A stretch of 64,000 nt of DNA from Bacteroides uniformis (GCA_963600815.1 CAVCCX010000004.1:10070-74069), one strand, 5' to 3'; counted from the stretch's first letter, positions 9,821-19,621 are shown. Notes: generated by a model not told the origin, from the sequence alone. A program made the numbers and translations.

Positions 9821-10549
9821 ATGAAAATGAAAAACAAAAACGCAGTTGTCATTTTTCTGAAAAGCATAGGAACTATTTTATCCATCATTGCATTTGCTTT
9901 ATTTGCCACTCCGTTTGCTGAAACTTCTTTTGCTGGTGTTTCAGGATTTGACTTGGCTTTTGATTTTGAAGGCAATATTTCGAAATCCTTCTTTTGGTCT
10001 CTCTTGAGTCTGGCATTGACGGCAGGTATGGCAATCGGATCACTGATTTCATTGCTTTTCGTAACTTTGGTCATTTCCAAAAATCAGAAGGCAGTCCAAT
10101 ACTTTGAAAAAACATATCGGAACAAAACGCCAGATTAAATCAAAGCCTCTGCAATACTCAGTGCCTTTATTTCAGTTGTCATTGGAATCGTCATCATGAT
10201 TATCGATATGTGCACCTTGGTCAATACAGGTCTGAATCGCAATTCATATGTTCATCTCGGCGCTGGCGCGATATGGTCTGGCATTCTTATCTTTTTTAGT
10301 TCGATTCTTTATGCAGCTGGAAATTATATCATGACGGCTGTTCCTGAATTGAATGCTGAGAATTCATCTCCCAAACCTGATATTTCCGATAAGAATACAG
10401 AGTTCACCGCCTCTGTTCCTGATTCGAAAACTTCTGCTTCTGAAAAGACAATAGAAGAACAACTGATTGAACTTAACTCATTGAAAGAAAAAGGCTTGAT
10501 TACGGAAGAAGAATATCAGGCTAAGAGAAAACAGATTCTGGGTTTATGA
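9821..10549 (+). pseudogene. Multi-pass membrane protein with a C-terminal SHOCT domain, interrupted by an in-frame TAA (10136-10138)
   Basis: ORFs 9821..10138 and 10196..10549 share one reading frame. The residues across the stop (KASAILSAFISVVIGIVIMIIDM) form one hydrophobic helix, and the second ATG would cut it. Neither start has an SD. The tail 'LKEKGLITEEEYQAKRKQILGL' is a SHOCT motif. Confidence 0.45.
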
Positions 10550-10607
10550 AGTAGGCTTCATCGGATAAGAACGAAACTGTTTCGGTGAAATACGAAGGGA
10601 ATCAATC

Positions 10608-11024
10608 ATGGAAAAAGCAAGTGAAATCATTCGAAGAAAATTGATGGATGAAGGTGGAAGAGCAAGAATCCCTCAGCTTCAAAAAGGGAAATATGCACAA
10701 ATCCAATTGATTGGCAGCAATACTTTGGCATCGGATAAACTGCCATCCTTTCATCTTTCACTGGATGTTTTCGATATTGTCGTTGATTTCATCAAGGAAC
10801 AAGGCGGGAAAGCCAGAAAAGGTGGAGGAAGATCTCCGGATTCCAAGGTTGGTTATGGTCAATGCACAAAAGACACTGTCATGTATTGTGTCGCCACGAA
10901 ATTCTTTGGCCGTTCCATCGGAGAATCTACCTTTGATCCTATCTTTATCATTGCCGCTGTTCTCGATTGGGCAGGCATTGCCTACAACAAAGTTGGATAT
11001 ATCATATTGAGATATGGTCACTAG
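10608..11024 (+). CDS. Hypothetical protein (138 aa)
   Basis: ORF with a GAAGGGA RBS. I recognise no domain. Confidence 0.5.
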   Translation: MEKASEIIRRKLMDEGGRARIPQLQKGKYAQIQLIGSNTLASDKLPSFHLSLDVFDIVVDFIKEQGGKARKGGGRSPDSKVGYGQCTKDTVMYCVATKFFGRSIGESTFDPIFIIAAVLDWAGIAYNKVGYIILRYGH

Positions 11025-11043
11025 AAGAAAAGGAAAATGAAAC

Positions 11044-11706
11044 ATGAAAGAATCAAAGACAATCAAAGCCCGTCCGAATGAAGTTGATTCAGTGATCAAT
11101 GAAAACGAGAATTTCGGCTGGGAACTATTGTCAAATCAGCGTGTTCATTCTTCTGAGCCGATGGCATCGACTTCGATCATGAATGGTGTCTATATTCATG
11201 AAAATTATACGGATGACTATTCCTGTCTTACATTCCAGAGAAATACGAAGATGCAGAATTATATAGAAATCGTCGATCTTGAGAAACAATACTATGATTT
11301 ACAATGGCAGCTCAGCAACATTCACCTTCCATTGATGCCGACAAAAAGCAATGCTCCAATAAAAATAAAAAGAAAAGCAAATGCGGCCTATTTCTTTGGT
11401 GTATTGTTTTTGGTGTCCGGCTTTTATTTCCCAATCGCTGCATTCGCTCTTGGCCAGGTGGATATGCCTACTTGGGGAATTATCCTATTCATAATCGCAT
11501 ATGTCTGTATCGGTGTGGCTCTTTTATTCTATGGCAGTTCATCCAGCAAGGCCTTTGAACAGGAAGAAAAAGCGGCTGAAGAAGAATATGAGAAACAAAA
11601 AATATCCGTCGAAAAGAAAAAACAGGAATGCGATGAGTCGATTCATCGACTCGAGAAACAGATTAAGGAAGTCAGAAAGAAAGCCTGGACGCTCATTGAT
11701 TTATAA
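11044..11706 (+). CDS. Hypothetical membrane protein (two TM helices plus a C-terminal coiled coil)
   Basis: AAAGGA RBS. Hydrophobic segments are AAYFFGVLFLVSGFYFPIAAFAL and WGIILFIIAYVCIGVALLFYG. The tail is rich in E and K. Confidence 0.55.
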   Translation: MKESKTIKARPNEVDSVINENENFGWELLSNQRVHSSEPMASTSIMNGVYIHENYTDDYSCLTFQRNTKMQNYIEIVDLEKQYYDLQWQLSNIHLPLMPTKSNAPIKIKRKANAAYFFGVLFLVSGFYFPIAAFALGQVDMPTWGIILFIIAYVCIGVALLFYGSSSSKAFEQEEKAAEEEYEKQKISVEKKKQECDESIHRLEKQIKEVRKKAWTLIDL

Positions 11707-11716
11707 GTCATAAGGC

Positions 11717-12076
11717 TTAGAATCTCAATTGGTCATAAAATTCCTTTGTGTTTTCTCGAAAATATCGGATGGATTTCTCTTCCGTCTTTTCGTAGTGAAT
11801 CTTCTCAAAGAAAGAACAATAGAGGACTTCCTCACAGAAATCATCCTTCGGTGACAGCAGTTCTTCCAACAGTTCAGAAAGTCGATTCATGATTCTCTCA
11901 TTCTCTATATGATCATAGATGAATGGCATCAAATCGTCTTCAATCAGAATGGTCGATCCGATTTCTTCATCATCCCAAATGTTCTTTTTGTCAAATTCAT
12001 ATTTTCCTTTGATTTCCTCAAAGTGCTGTAGCACAATCGAATCGAATTCTCTTTTTTCCATTGGTTCTTCTCGCAT
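11717..12076 (-). CDS. Hypothetical acidic cytoplasmic protein (119 aa)
   Basis: ORF only. Its composition and length recall orphan immunity-type proteins, but I cannot assign a family. Confidence 0.45.
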   Translation of the reverse strand: MREEPMEKREFDSIVLQHFEEIKGKYEFDKKNIWDDEEIGSTILIEDDLMPFIYDHIENERIMNRLSELLEELLSPKDDFCEEVLYCSFFEKIHYEKTEEKSIRYFRENTKEFYDQLRF

Positions 12077-12298
12077 TCTTTTCTTGTTCTGAAATCAATC
12101 AATCTTTCAGACATCCGATGGGAATGATACTATTTTTTTCTTTGATAGCATCATGTGAGTATCATGACCAATATAACTGAAAAGACGTTCAGATGGAATG
12201 GAATTTTAGCTTTTTGCTGTAGATTGTTTGAACTGCAACGATTATTGCTGATGGATCAAGAACCAAATACTTCTTATCCATGAAAGATGTTTCCACTA

Positions 12299-12323
12299 GA
12301 AAAAGAGGGCGATGAACCCTCTT
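12299..12323 (-). terminator. Rho-independent terminator after xfp
   Basis: Stem agaggg/ccctct with a 7-nt loop, flanked by A/T runs. It lies 15 nt past the xfp stop codon. Confidence 0.6.
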
Positions 12324-12337
12324 TTAGAAAACGGTGC

Positions 12338-14713
12338 TTATTTTCCGTTCCATCTCCAATTGGCAATTTCAGGCATATCGAGTCCGACTTCGTGGATGTA
12401 TTGCTTATGTTCGACAAGCTTATCGGACATTTTCTGATAGAGACTGGCAAGACTCGTCTTGTATTGTGGAAGCATGAGGATGACATCCTGGACAAGATGA
12501 TAGCGGTCGATTTCATTCTGGACACGCATATCGAATGGTGTCGTGATCGATCCTTCCTCATGGTATCCTTCGACCTTGAGGTTGCGGTTGTGACGGTTAT
12601 AGGTCAGTTCATGAATCAAGGTCGGATAGCCATGGAAGTTGAAGAGAATCGGTTTATCCTTCGTGAAGAGGAGGTCGTATTGTTCATCGCTGAGGCCATG
12701 CGGATGTTCATAACTTGGCTGCAGCTTGAAGAGATCGACGACATTGATGACACGGATCTTCAGTTCCGGGATCTCACGATGGAGAATATCGACAGCCGCC
12801 AGTGTCTCCAACGTTGGTGTCTCACCGGCACAGGCCATGACGATATCGGGTTCGACACCCTGATCGTTGCTGGCCCAATCCCAGATGGAGATGCCCTGGG
12901 TGCAGTGCTTGATGGCTTCATCCATGCTGAGCCACTGTGGACGTGGATGTTTGCTTGCGATGATGACATTGACATAATTCTTTGTCTTCAGACAATGATC
13001 CATGCAGCTGAGAAGACAGTTTGCATCCGGTGGAAGATAAAGGCGGACGACATCGGCTTTCTTATTGGCGATATGATCCATGAATCCTGGATCCTGATGG
13101 GTGAAGCCGTTATGATCCTGTTGCCAGACTGTGGAGGCTAAAATCAGGTTCAAAGAGGCGATTTCCTCTCTCCAGGTCAACTGATTGCAGACCTTGAGCC
13201 ATTTTGCATGCTGGGCAACCATGGAATCGACAATTCTTGCAAAAGCTTCATAGGAAGCAAAGAATCCATGTCTTCCTGTGAGAAGATAGCCTTCCAGCCA
13301 GCCTTCATCGCAGTGCTCGGAGAGCATGGAATCGATGATTCTTCCTTCGTTGGCCAAGAATTCATCTGATTGGACAATCTGATTCTCCCATTGTCTTGGA
13401 GAAGCCTCGAAGACATGATTGAGTCTGTTGGACATGGTTTCATCGGGTCCGAAGACACGGAAATTGTTCGGGTTCTCCTTGATGACATCGCGGATGAATT
13501 TTCCAAGCTCGATCATATCCTGACCATCTTTCGAGCCATGCGAGGCAATATCAAAGGCATATTTCCGGAAATCCGGCATTCTGAGGTCCTTGAGCAGTTT
13601 TCCGCCATTGGCATTCGGATTCATGCCGATACGGGCATTGCCCACTGGGGCAAGAGCTTTGTATTCCTCCTTGAAGGAACCATCCTCATTGAAGAGTTCC
13701 TCCGGCTTATAGGAGTGAAGCCAATCGGAAAGAAGCTGAAGATGCTCTTTTTTATCCATGGCAATCGGAACCTGATGGGCTCTGAAGGATCCTTCGATCT
13801 TCTTGCCATCGACTTCCTTCGGACCTGTCCAGCCCTTGGGTGTGCGAAGAACGATCATCGGCCAGATTGGGCGAGTGGCATCATTGGTTTCACGGGCATG
13901 CTTCTGGATCTTCTTGATTTCCTCGATGCATTTATCCATGGCATGAGCCATCTTCTCATGCATCACAAGCGGATCATCGCCCTCGACGAAGATTGGATTC
14001 CATCCGGAACCTTCGAGATATTTCTTCAGTTCATCATGGCTGATTCTCGAAAAGACGGTCGGATTGGAAATCTTGTAGCCGTTGAGATGGAAGATTGGAA
14101 GAACAGCGCCATCATAGATCGGATTGAGGAATTTATTCGACTGCCAGGACGTGGCAAGAGGACCAGTTTCCGCTTCTCCATCACCGACAATGACGGTTGC
14201 AATCAAAGACGGGTTATCAAAGACGGCACCAAAACCATGGAGCAGAGAATAACCGAGTTCTCCGCCTTCATTGATGCTTCCAGGTGTCTCAGGGGCACAA
14301 TGGGAAGGCATGCCTCCGGGGAAGGAGAATTGCTTGAAGAGCTTCCTTAGTCCATTCTCATCCTGGGTGATATTCGGATAGATTTCCGAATAGGATCCAT
14401 CGAGATAGTCATTGGCAATGAAGAAATTTCCGCCGTGTCCCGGTCCAGAAAGAAGGATCATATTCAGATCATATTTCTTGATGACGCGGTTGCAGTGGAC
14501 GAAGACGAAGTTCTGTCCCGGAACGGTTCCCCAGTGTCCGACGATCTTCTTCTTGATGTCTTTTTCTTCGAGCGGTCTTTTCAGAAGTGGATTGTCAAGC
14601 AGGTAGAGCTGGCAGGCGCTCAGATAGTTGGCAGCTCTGAAATAGCCGTTCATCTTTTCGAGGAGAGAGGGTGTAATCGGCCCTTTTTCCTCACAAATGT
14701 TTTTCTTAGTCAT
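12338..14713 (-). CDS. xfp: Xylulose-5-P/fructose-6-P phosphoketolase
   Basis: 791 aa. Carries '[37 protein letters not shown]' and '[22 protein letters not shown]', which are typical of Xfp. Confidence 0.95.
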   Translation of the reverse strand: MTKKNICEEKGPITPSLLEKMNGYFRAANYLSACQLYLLDNPLLKRPLEEKDIKKKIVGHWGTVPGQNFVFVHCNRVIKKYDLNMILLSGPGHGGNFFIANDYLDGSYSEIYPNITQDENGLRKLFKQFSFPGGMPSHCAPETPGSINEGGELGYSLLHGFGAVFDNPSLIATVIVGDGEAETGPLATSWQSNKFLNPIYDGAVLPIFHLNGYKISNPTVFSRISHDELKKYLEGSGWNPIFVEGDDPLVMHEKMAHAMDKCIEEIKKIQKHARETNDATRPIWPMIVLRTPKGWTGPKEVDGKKIEGSFRAHQVPIAMDKKEHLQLLSDWLHSYKPEELFNEDGSFKEEYKALAPVGNARIGMNPNANGGKLLKDLRMPDFRKYAFDIASHGSKDGQDMIELGKFIRDVIKENPNNFRVFGPDETMSNRLNHVFEASPRQWENQIVQSDEFLANEGRIIDSMLSEHCDEGWLEGYLLTGRHGFFASYEAFARIVDSMVAQHAKWLKVCNQLTWREEIASLNLILASTVWQQDHNGFTHQDPGFMDHIANKKADVVRLYLPPDANCLLSCMDHCLKTKNYVNVIIASKHPRPQWLSMDEAIKHCTQGISIWDWASNDQGVEPDIVMACAGETPTLETLAAVDILHREIPELKIRVINVVDLFKLQPSYEHPHGLSDEQYDLLFTKDKPILFNFHGYPTLIHELTYNRHNRNLKVEGYHEEGSITTPFDMRVQNEIDRYHLVQDVILMLPQYKTSLASLYQKMSDKLVEHKQYIHEVGLDMPEIANWRWNGK

Positions 14714-14725
14714 AGATATCCTCCA

Positions 14726-16177
14726 TTAGAGAAGCTCAAAACGATCGAATGATAATCTTCCTTTTCCCTCAAAGGAGAAATAGAGTGCTTCCTTATTTCC
14801 TTTCGGGGAAAGGTCGATGGTAATCTTTTCTTCGTTCTGACCTTTTAATTCTACTTCTTTTGTGGCTTCGATTTTACCTTTTTCTTGGCAGAGAACATGA
14901 ATTTTTCCAGTGAATTTTCCTCTGATAGTCAAAATCACCTGATGTGTCTTCGAAAGATCGAAATATTTGTATCCGACGAGAGAGCCATCCTGCACATTCT
15001 CGATGTACTGGCTTTCGACTCTTTCGGAATCATCCTTCTTTTGAGTGATACGGAGTTTTCTTTTCTGATGGGGAAGAGCAAAGAAAGGATAGAAGACATT
15101 GCCTTCCTTCGGGATGAGACAACAGCAGATGGAACTCGGGTAGATGCCCTGTCCTCTTAAAGGTTTTCCATTGAGCCCACAGGAGGTGATTTCGACCTGG
15201 GGGATGAAGCCATTTTCATCGATTTCGATTTTCTCGGCACAGTCCTGCCGGTCGGTGTTCGTATAATTTGTATGCCGGTGATAGAAGATATACCACTGAT
15301 CTTTGACTTTCACCATTCCGCCATGATTGTTTCCCAAAGGATAGCAGGCATTCTTCTTTGTTCTTCCCTTGTATCCGACATCGCCATTGGAAATGATGAC
15401 ACCCTGATACGTGAAAGGCCCCAAAGGACTTTTCGAAGTCATATAGCAGAGTTCATGTCCGGCGAGGGAGGAATAGACAAAATAGTAGGTATCGTTGACT
15501 TTTCTTAGAGAGGATGCCTCAAAGAAGGCGTGTTCTTTTTCTCTTACGCCATTGATGTTTTCCTTGTCATTGGCTTTCGAGAAGAGTTTGATCGGACTGG
15601 ACTTGATCGTCAGCATATCTCTTTCGAGTTCCATCGCATATCCGCCATCTGGTTTGAGGCCCTTCTTGATCTGTGGAAACCAGGTGACGGCTCCAAATCC
15701 GGAATAGAGATAGACTCTCTTATCCTCATCGACAAAGATGGCCGGATCGAAATGGAAGACATCGCCTTTCTTTCTTCCCAGTTCTGTTCCATCCTTGTAG
15801 TGGACATGTCCATAGTAGTGGAAAGGACCATTTGGTTTTTCAGAGACGGCCACCCCGATCTTTCCAAGCCAATCATAGGCATAATAGAGATAATATCTGC
15901 CATCAGGTCCTTGACAACAATCCGGTGCATAAAGATCATATTTTCCATTCTTGCTATCCGGATCTTCTTTCTTATCGAGAATTTCTCCTTCATACCGCCA
16001 GGAGGTAAGGTCATCGAGTGGGGCGGAATAGGTCACATAATTGTTGTGGCAGAAAGCGAAGGCTCCAAACTGATCATGGGAGCCATAGACATAGACTCTT
16101 CCTTCAAAGACATGCGGTTCACAATCCGGCGTATATTCATAAAGCGGAAGATAGGGATTGTAGATCTGTTTTTCCAT
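14726..16177 (-). CDS. Glycoside hydrolase family 43 (beta-xylosidase/arabinofuranosidase-like) with a C-terminal beta-sandwich
   Basis: Carries 'YNPYLPLYEYTPDCEPHVFEGRVYVYGSHD' and 'LYAPDCCQGPDGRYYLYY'. AGGTGA sits 5 nt upstream of ATG 16177. The track start at 16186 is a GTG. Confidence 0.85.
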   Translation of the reverse strand: MEKQIYNPYLPLYEYTPDCEPHVFEGRVYVYGSHDQFGAFAFCHNNYVTYSAPLDDLTSWRYEGEILDKKEDPDSKNGKYDLYAPDCCQGPDGRYYLYYAYDWLGKIGVAVSEKPNGPFHYYGHVHYKDGTELGRKKGDVFHFDPAIFVDEDKRVYLYSGFGAVTWFPQIKKGLKPDGGYAMELERDMLTIKSSPIKLFSKANDKENINGVREKEHAFFEASSLRKVNDTYYFVYSSLAGHELCYMTSKSPLGPFTYQGVIISNGDVGYKGRTKKNACYPLGNNHGGMVKVKDQWYIFYHRHTNYTNTDRQDCAEKIEIDENGFIPQVEITSCGLNGKPLRGQGIYPSSICCCLIPKEGNVFYPFFALPHQKRKLRITQKKDDSERVESQYIENVQDGSLVGYKYFDLSKTHQVILTIRGKFTGKIHVLCQEKGKIEATKEVELKGQNEEKITIDLSPKGNKEALYFSFEGKGRLSFDRFELL

Positions 16178-16188
16178 CGTCATCACCT

Positions 16189-17664
16189 CTATTTCTTGAA
16201 TGGGTTTTCTCTATTATAGGGCAAAGAAGCAGGCTGATTATAGGAAATATCTTCGATGGAAAGATATTTCATCACTTCATAGAGGGCTTTTCCATAGTGA
16301 CTGAACATCACCGCTCCATGATGGGGGAAACCTTTCTCAAGAAGAACATAACGATAGAATCTTTCCATGTCCTTGATGGCAAAAATGCCGATGGATCCAA
16401 AAGAGCGGCAGGAAATAGGAAGGACTTCTCCTTCTGCGACATAGGCCTTCAGGGAAGTCGAGGCAGTCGATTGCAGACGATAGAAGGTGATCGGACTTTC
16501 CTTGATGTCTCCTTCCATGGTTCCTCTTGTGATATCAGGTTCCACTCTTTCCGGTTCAAGGCTTCTTTTCATAATCTTCTGATAGCCCATATGCGGATTT
16601 GTTAAGAGGGCACTATTCGTATTTCCGCAATGGAAGCCCATGAATGTTTCATGAAGACGATAATCGAATTTTCCCTTGATTTCCTCTTCATAGATGGATT
16701 CAGGGACGGTGTTGTTGATATCCAAGAGCGTGGTCATCTTATTCGAGATGCAGGTGCCGATATATTCGCTTAAGGCGCCATAGATATCGACTTCACAGGA
16801 GACAGGGATGCCTCTTCCAGTCAGGCGTGAATTCACATAGCAGGGAACAAACCTGAATTCCGTCTGGAAGGCCGGCCAGCATTTGTTGGCAAAAGCAACA
16901 TATTTCGATAGGCCTTTGTGTTCTTCCATCCAGTCTTCCAGCGTCAGCTCATACTGGGCAAGGCGGGGAAGAATGCCCTCATAGGGATTCTTCGTTCCGA
17001 GTTCGTTTTTCATCTCGCGGACTTTCTCTATGATGCGCGGATCTTTTTCATGGGCGTGATAAGCCACAAGAAGGTCGAGTTCGGAATTTTCTTCGACCGC
17101 GACACCTAAATCGTAGAGAGCCTTGATTGGGGCGTTGCAGGCCAAGAAGTCATCCGGCCTAGGTCCGAATGTGATGATCTTGAGACCTTCAAGACCAAGA
17201 AGAGCTCTTGCAATCGGGATGAAGTCTAGGATTTCATGAGCCAGTTCCTTTGCATTCCCGACTGGATTTTCTGGAATGTAGACTTTTTCTTTTCTGAGCT
17301 GCAGATTATAGGACGCATTGAGCAAACCGCAATAGGCATCTCCTCTTCCATCCAGGAGATCGCCATCGCCTTCTGCGGCGGCGATGAACATTTTCGGGCC
17401 CTTGAAGCGGCTGGCAAGAAGTGTCTCTGGCGTCTCAGGACCGAAATTTCCTAAAAAGATGACAAGGGCATTGACCTTGTTTTTCTCGATTTCGTCCAAA
17501 GCCTGAGAGACATCCTTTTCCTGGATGATTAATGTCTTGCAGTCAAAGATTTCTCCTTTGTATGCCTTGACGATAGCTTCTCTTCTTCTTTCGGCCAAGG
17601 AGGATGGGAAACAGCTTCTCGATGTGGCGACGATGCCGATTTTGACTTCTGGAATGTTTTGCAT
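16189..17664 (-). CDS. L-fucose/L-arabinose isomerase-family protein
   Basis: 491 aa. The N-terminus 'KIGIVATSRSCFPSSLAERRRE' and the overall length and composition fit the FucI/AraA-like family. Substrate is unknown. Confidence 0.65.
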   Translation of the reverse strand: MQNIPEVKIGIVATSRSCFPSSLAERRREAIVKAYKGEIFDCKTLIIQEKDVSQALDEIEKNKVNALVIFLGNFGPETPETLLASRFKGPKMFIAAAEGDGDLLDGRGDAYCGLLNASYNLQLRKEKVYIPENPVGNAKELAHEILDFIPIARALLGLEGLKIITFGPRPDDFLACNAPIKALYDLGVAVEENSELDLLVAYHAHEKDPRIIEKVREMKNELGTKNPYEGILPRLAQYELTLEDWMEEHKGLSKYVAFANKCWPAFQTEFRFVPCYVNSRLTGRGIPVSCEVDIYGALSEYIGTCISNKMTTLLDINNTVPESIYEEEIKGKFDYRLHETFMGFHCGNTNSALLTNPHMGYQKIMKRSLEPERVEPDITRGTMEGDIKESPITFYRLQSTASTSLKAYVAEGEVLPISCRSFGSIGIFAIKDMERFYRYVLLEKGFPHHGAVMFSHYGKALYEVMKYLSIEDISYNQPASLPYNRENPFKK

Positions 17665-17669
17665 GGATT

Positions 17670-18314
17670 TTACCTCTTTTCTATTTCATCTTTGATATCG
17701 ATATTTTCTCCGACAAGTCCGATATAGGCTTCCTTGGCTTCACTTGCCTCCTTATGGGCAAGAAGCCATTTGTTTTTCATGAAGAGATATTTGTCTTCTT
17801 CATCCTCGGAATTGATTTTTCCAAGTGATGTATTCGTTCCCTTTGGAAGACAGACAAGAACCTGGAAAGGCAAGGAAGAATTTGTCTGGCAAGGTGCATA
17901 ATGAAGACTCGTGGAATAAATTTCGACAAATGTATCTTTTGGGACTCGGAATGCCTTGACCTTCTTTGTATCGAGAATCCCTTTTTCGATTTCCTCCTTC
18001 TTGGCTAGAAGAAGAATGAAGTCCTCATTGGCGAAATTGATTTCGCTGCTCTTATGATATTCAAGGCAATTCAGCTTCGTATTGTATCCGCTGCAGTATC
18101 CAATCTGGATTTCCAATCCTCCAAAGAGATTTTTCTGAATGAACGATGCGATCTCTAGATTCATCAGAGAAGAATCCTCTGGTTCATAGATGGTTCCTTT
18201 TTCTGGAATCAGTGTGTTTTTCAAAGTCGCTTTGAGTCCTTTTATGTCCTTCTGGCAATGGATGATTCTTCCATAGCTTTTGAATTCCTCATCCTGAAGA
18301 GAATGGATTTTCAT
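17670..18314 (-). CDS. Conserved hypothetical protein, DUF4867-like (tentative)
   Basis: 214 aa with an AAGGAGG RBS, 5 nt upstream of the isomerase-like gene. The family assignment comes from memory of size and context only. Confidence 0.5.
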   Translation of the reverse strand: MKIHSLQDEEFKSYGRIIHCQKDIKGLKATLKNTLIPEKGTIYEPEDSSLMNLEIASFIQKNLFGGLEIQIGYCSGYNTKLNCLEYHKSSEINFANEDFILLLAKKEEIEKGILDTKKVKAFRVPKDTFVEIYSTSLHYAPCQTNSSLPFQVLVCLPKGTNTSLGKINSEDEEDKYLFMKNKWLLAHKEASEAKEAYIGLVGENIDIKDEIEKR

Positions 18315-18386
18315 GTTGCTTCCTCCTTTTTCTCTATTCTAGTTGGTTGCGCTTTCATTTGATAGAAGAATCCGTTTTTAAAAATG

Positions 18387-18415
18387 TTGATTTTGTTCGT
18401 ATCCGATTCTATAAT
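18387..18415 (+). promoter_or_regulatory. Sigma-70-type promoter TTGATT-17-TATAAT
   Basis: -35 at 18387-18392 and -10 at 18410-18415. ATG 18423 lies 7 nt after the -10 box and has no SD. Confidence 0.55.
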
Positions 18416-18422
18416 CAAAATC

Positions 18423-19265
18423 ATGAACGGCTATTTCAATCTGAAGGAACTCTATTCCCATATCAAGGATTTCTATATCATCACGCATATCAGAATCACG
18501 GTCTTCGATGATTCCTTTGAGGAGATTCTTTCTTATCCGGAAGAAAAAGCGAAGGTCTGCAAATATCTCAGGGAAAATCCTTCTTTCGACCAGAAATGCC
18601 AGAAATGCGACAAGGAACATATGGAGATGGCATCGAAAAGAAAAGAACCCCTCCTCTATCTTTGCCATGCCTCTCTGACGGAGATCATCGTTCCTCTTTT
18701 CCTTGGTGAAAAAACGGTCGGCTATCTTTTCTTTTCTCATATTCTCAACTACAAAACCCATAAAGAGGCTTTCCTTGCCATCAAGAAGGCAGTCGAGGTT
18801 TCTTTTGATGAAAAGAAAGTTGAGGAGATGATTTCCTCTATGCCTCTTTTTGATGATGAATATCTTCAGGCAAGCCTGAAGCTTCTTGTCGATATCGCCT
18901 CCTACCTGATGGTGAACCATATGGCCTACTTGAAATATGAAGACCTTTCGAAGAAAATCGATCAATACATCCAAGAGAATCTCGAGAAGGATCTCTCCGC
19001 TATGACGTTATGCAAAGTCTTCTCCATCGGAAAAACGAATCTCTATCAATTGACGAACAAGCTCTATGGAGAAGGATTGGCTATCCACATCAAGAAAATG
19101 CGCATCGAAAAAGCCAAGGAATTGATGCGAGAAAACAACACCTATAAGACTTCCTATATTGCCCAGATGGTTGGATTCGATGACTATTCCTATTTCATCG
19201 TCGCATTCAAAGATATTACCGGAATGACACCGAAGGCCTTTCTGAAATCACTGAACACTCGCTGA
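18423..19265 (+). CDS. AraC-family regulator with an N-terminal PocR sensor domain
   Basis: PocR-like 'ITVFDDSFEEILSYPEEKAKVCKYLRENPSFDQKCQKCDKEHM...LYLCHASLTEIIVPLF'. The C-terminal 'IAQMVGFDDYSYFIVAFKDITGMTPKAF' is an AraC HTH. It is divergent from the xfp operon. Confidence 0.8.
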   Translation: MNGYFNLKELYSHIKDFYIITHIRITVFDDSFEEILSYPEEKAKVCKYLRENPSFDQKCQKCDKEHMEMASKRKEPLLYLCHASLTEIIVPLFLGEKTVGYLFFSHILNYKTHKEAFLAIKKAVEVSFDEKKVEEMISSMPLFDDEYLQASLKLLVDIASYLMVNHMAYLKYEDLSKKIDQYIQENLEKDLSAMTLCKVFSIGKTNLYQLTNKLYGEGLAIHIKKMRIEKAKELMRENNTYKTSYIAQMVGFDDYSYFIVAFKDITGMTPKAFLKSLNTR

Positions 19266-19367
19266 GATAGAATTTGCTTTTCATACGTGAGCCTTCTAAA
19301 AAAAATAGATAGATGACGAAACAAAATGGCAGAGATATATGAAACAGAAAGAGAAGTGAAAATTATG

Positions 19368-19574
19368 ACAACTACGAATTTCATTGTCCGATTGGAGAGC
19401 CATGTAAAAAAACAAGCTGAAGCCCTATATGGTGAACTTGGAATCGATCCAAGTATAGCCATCAATGTTTTCTTGTGCAAATCGCTTGCTGTCGGTGGAT
19501 TTCCATTCGATTTCGAATGGAAGAATGAAAAAGGATATGACGCTGAGGAGGCATTGAGGGAGCTAAAGAAATGA
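19368..19574 (+). CDS. RelB/DinJ-family antitoxin
   Basis: Contains 'TTNFIVRLESHVKKQAEALYGELGIDPSIAINVFLCKSLAVGGFPFDF'. An alternative start lies at 19326. Confidence 0.75.
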   Translation, partial: TTTNFIVRLESHVKKQAEALYGELGIDPSIAINVFLCKSLAVGGFPFDFEWKNEKGYDAEEALRELKK

Positions 19575-19621
19575 GTGGGCAAAGTGTCCTACGAACTTCC
19601 AAATTCAGAAAAGATTCTTGA
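19571..19621 (+). pseudogene. 16-codon remnant of a YafQ-type toxin
   Basis: ATGA overlap with the dinJ-like stop codon. It translates to MSGQSVLRTSKFRKDS*, where 'TSKFRKD' matches the N-terminal T-x-x-F-K-K-D motif of YafQ/RelE toxins. It runs into the 3' end of xylB on the opposite strand. Confidence 0.4.

Noticed and set aside
12118-12180. 20-codon ORF MGMILFFSLIASCEYHDQYN with a lipobox-like 'LIASC'
   Set aside because: It is too short, has no SD and has no downstream continuation in any frame. At best it is a relic of a lipoprotein 5' end.
12287-14350. 284-aa and 326-aa + strand ORFs (12287..13141 and 13370..14350)
   Set aside because: They are antisense shadows of the unambiguous phosphoketolase gene. 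They have no motifs and no RBS.
15530-16605. + strand ORFs of 229 and 195 aa
   Set aside because: They are antisense to the GH43 and isomerase-like genes.
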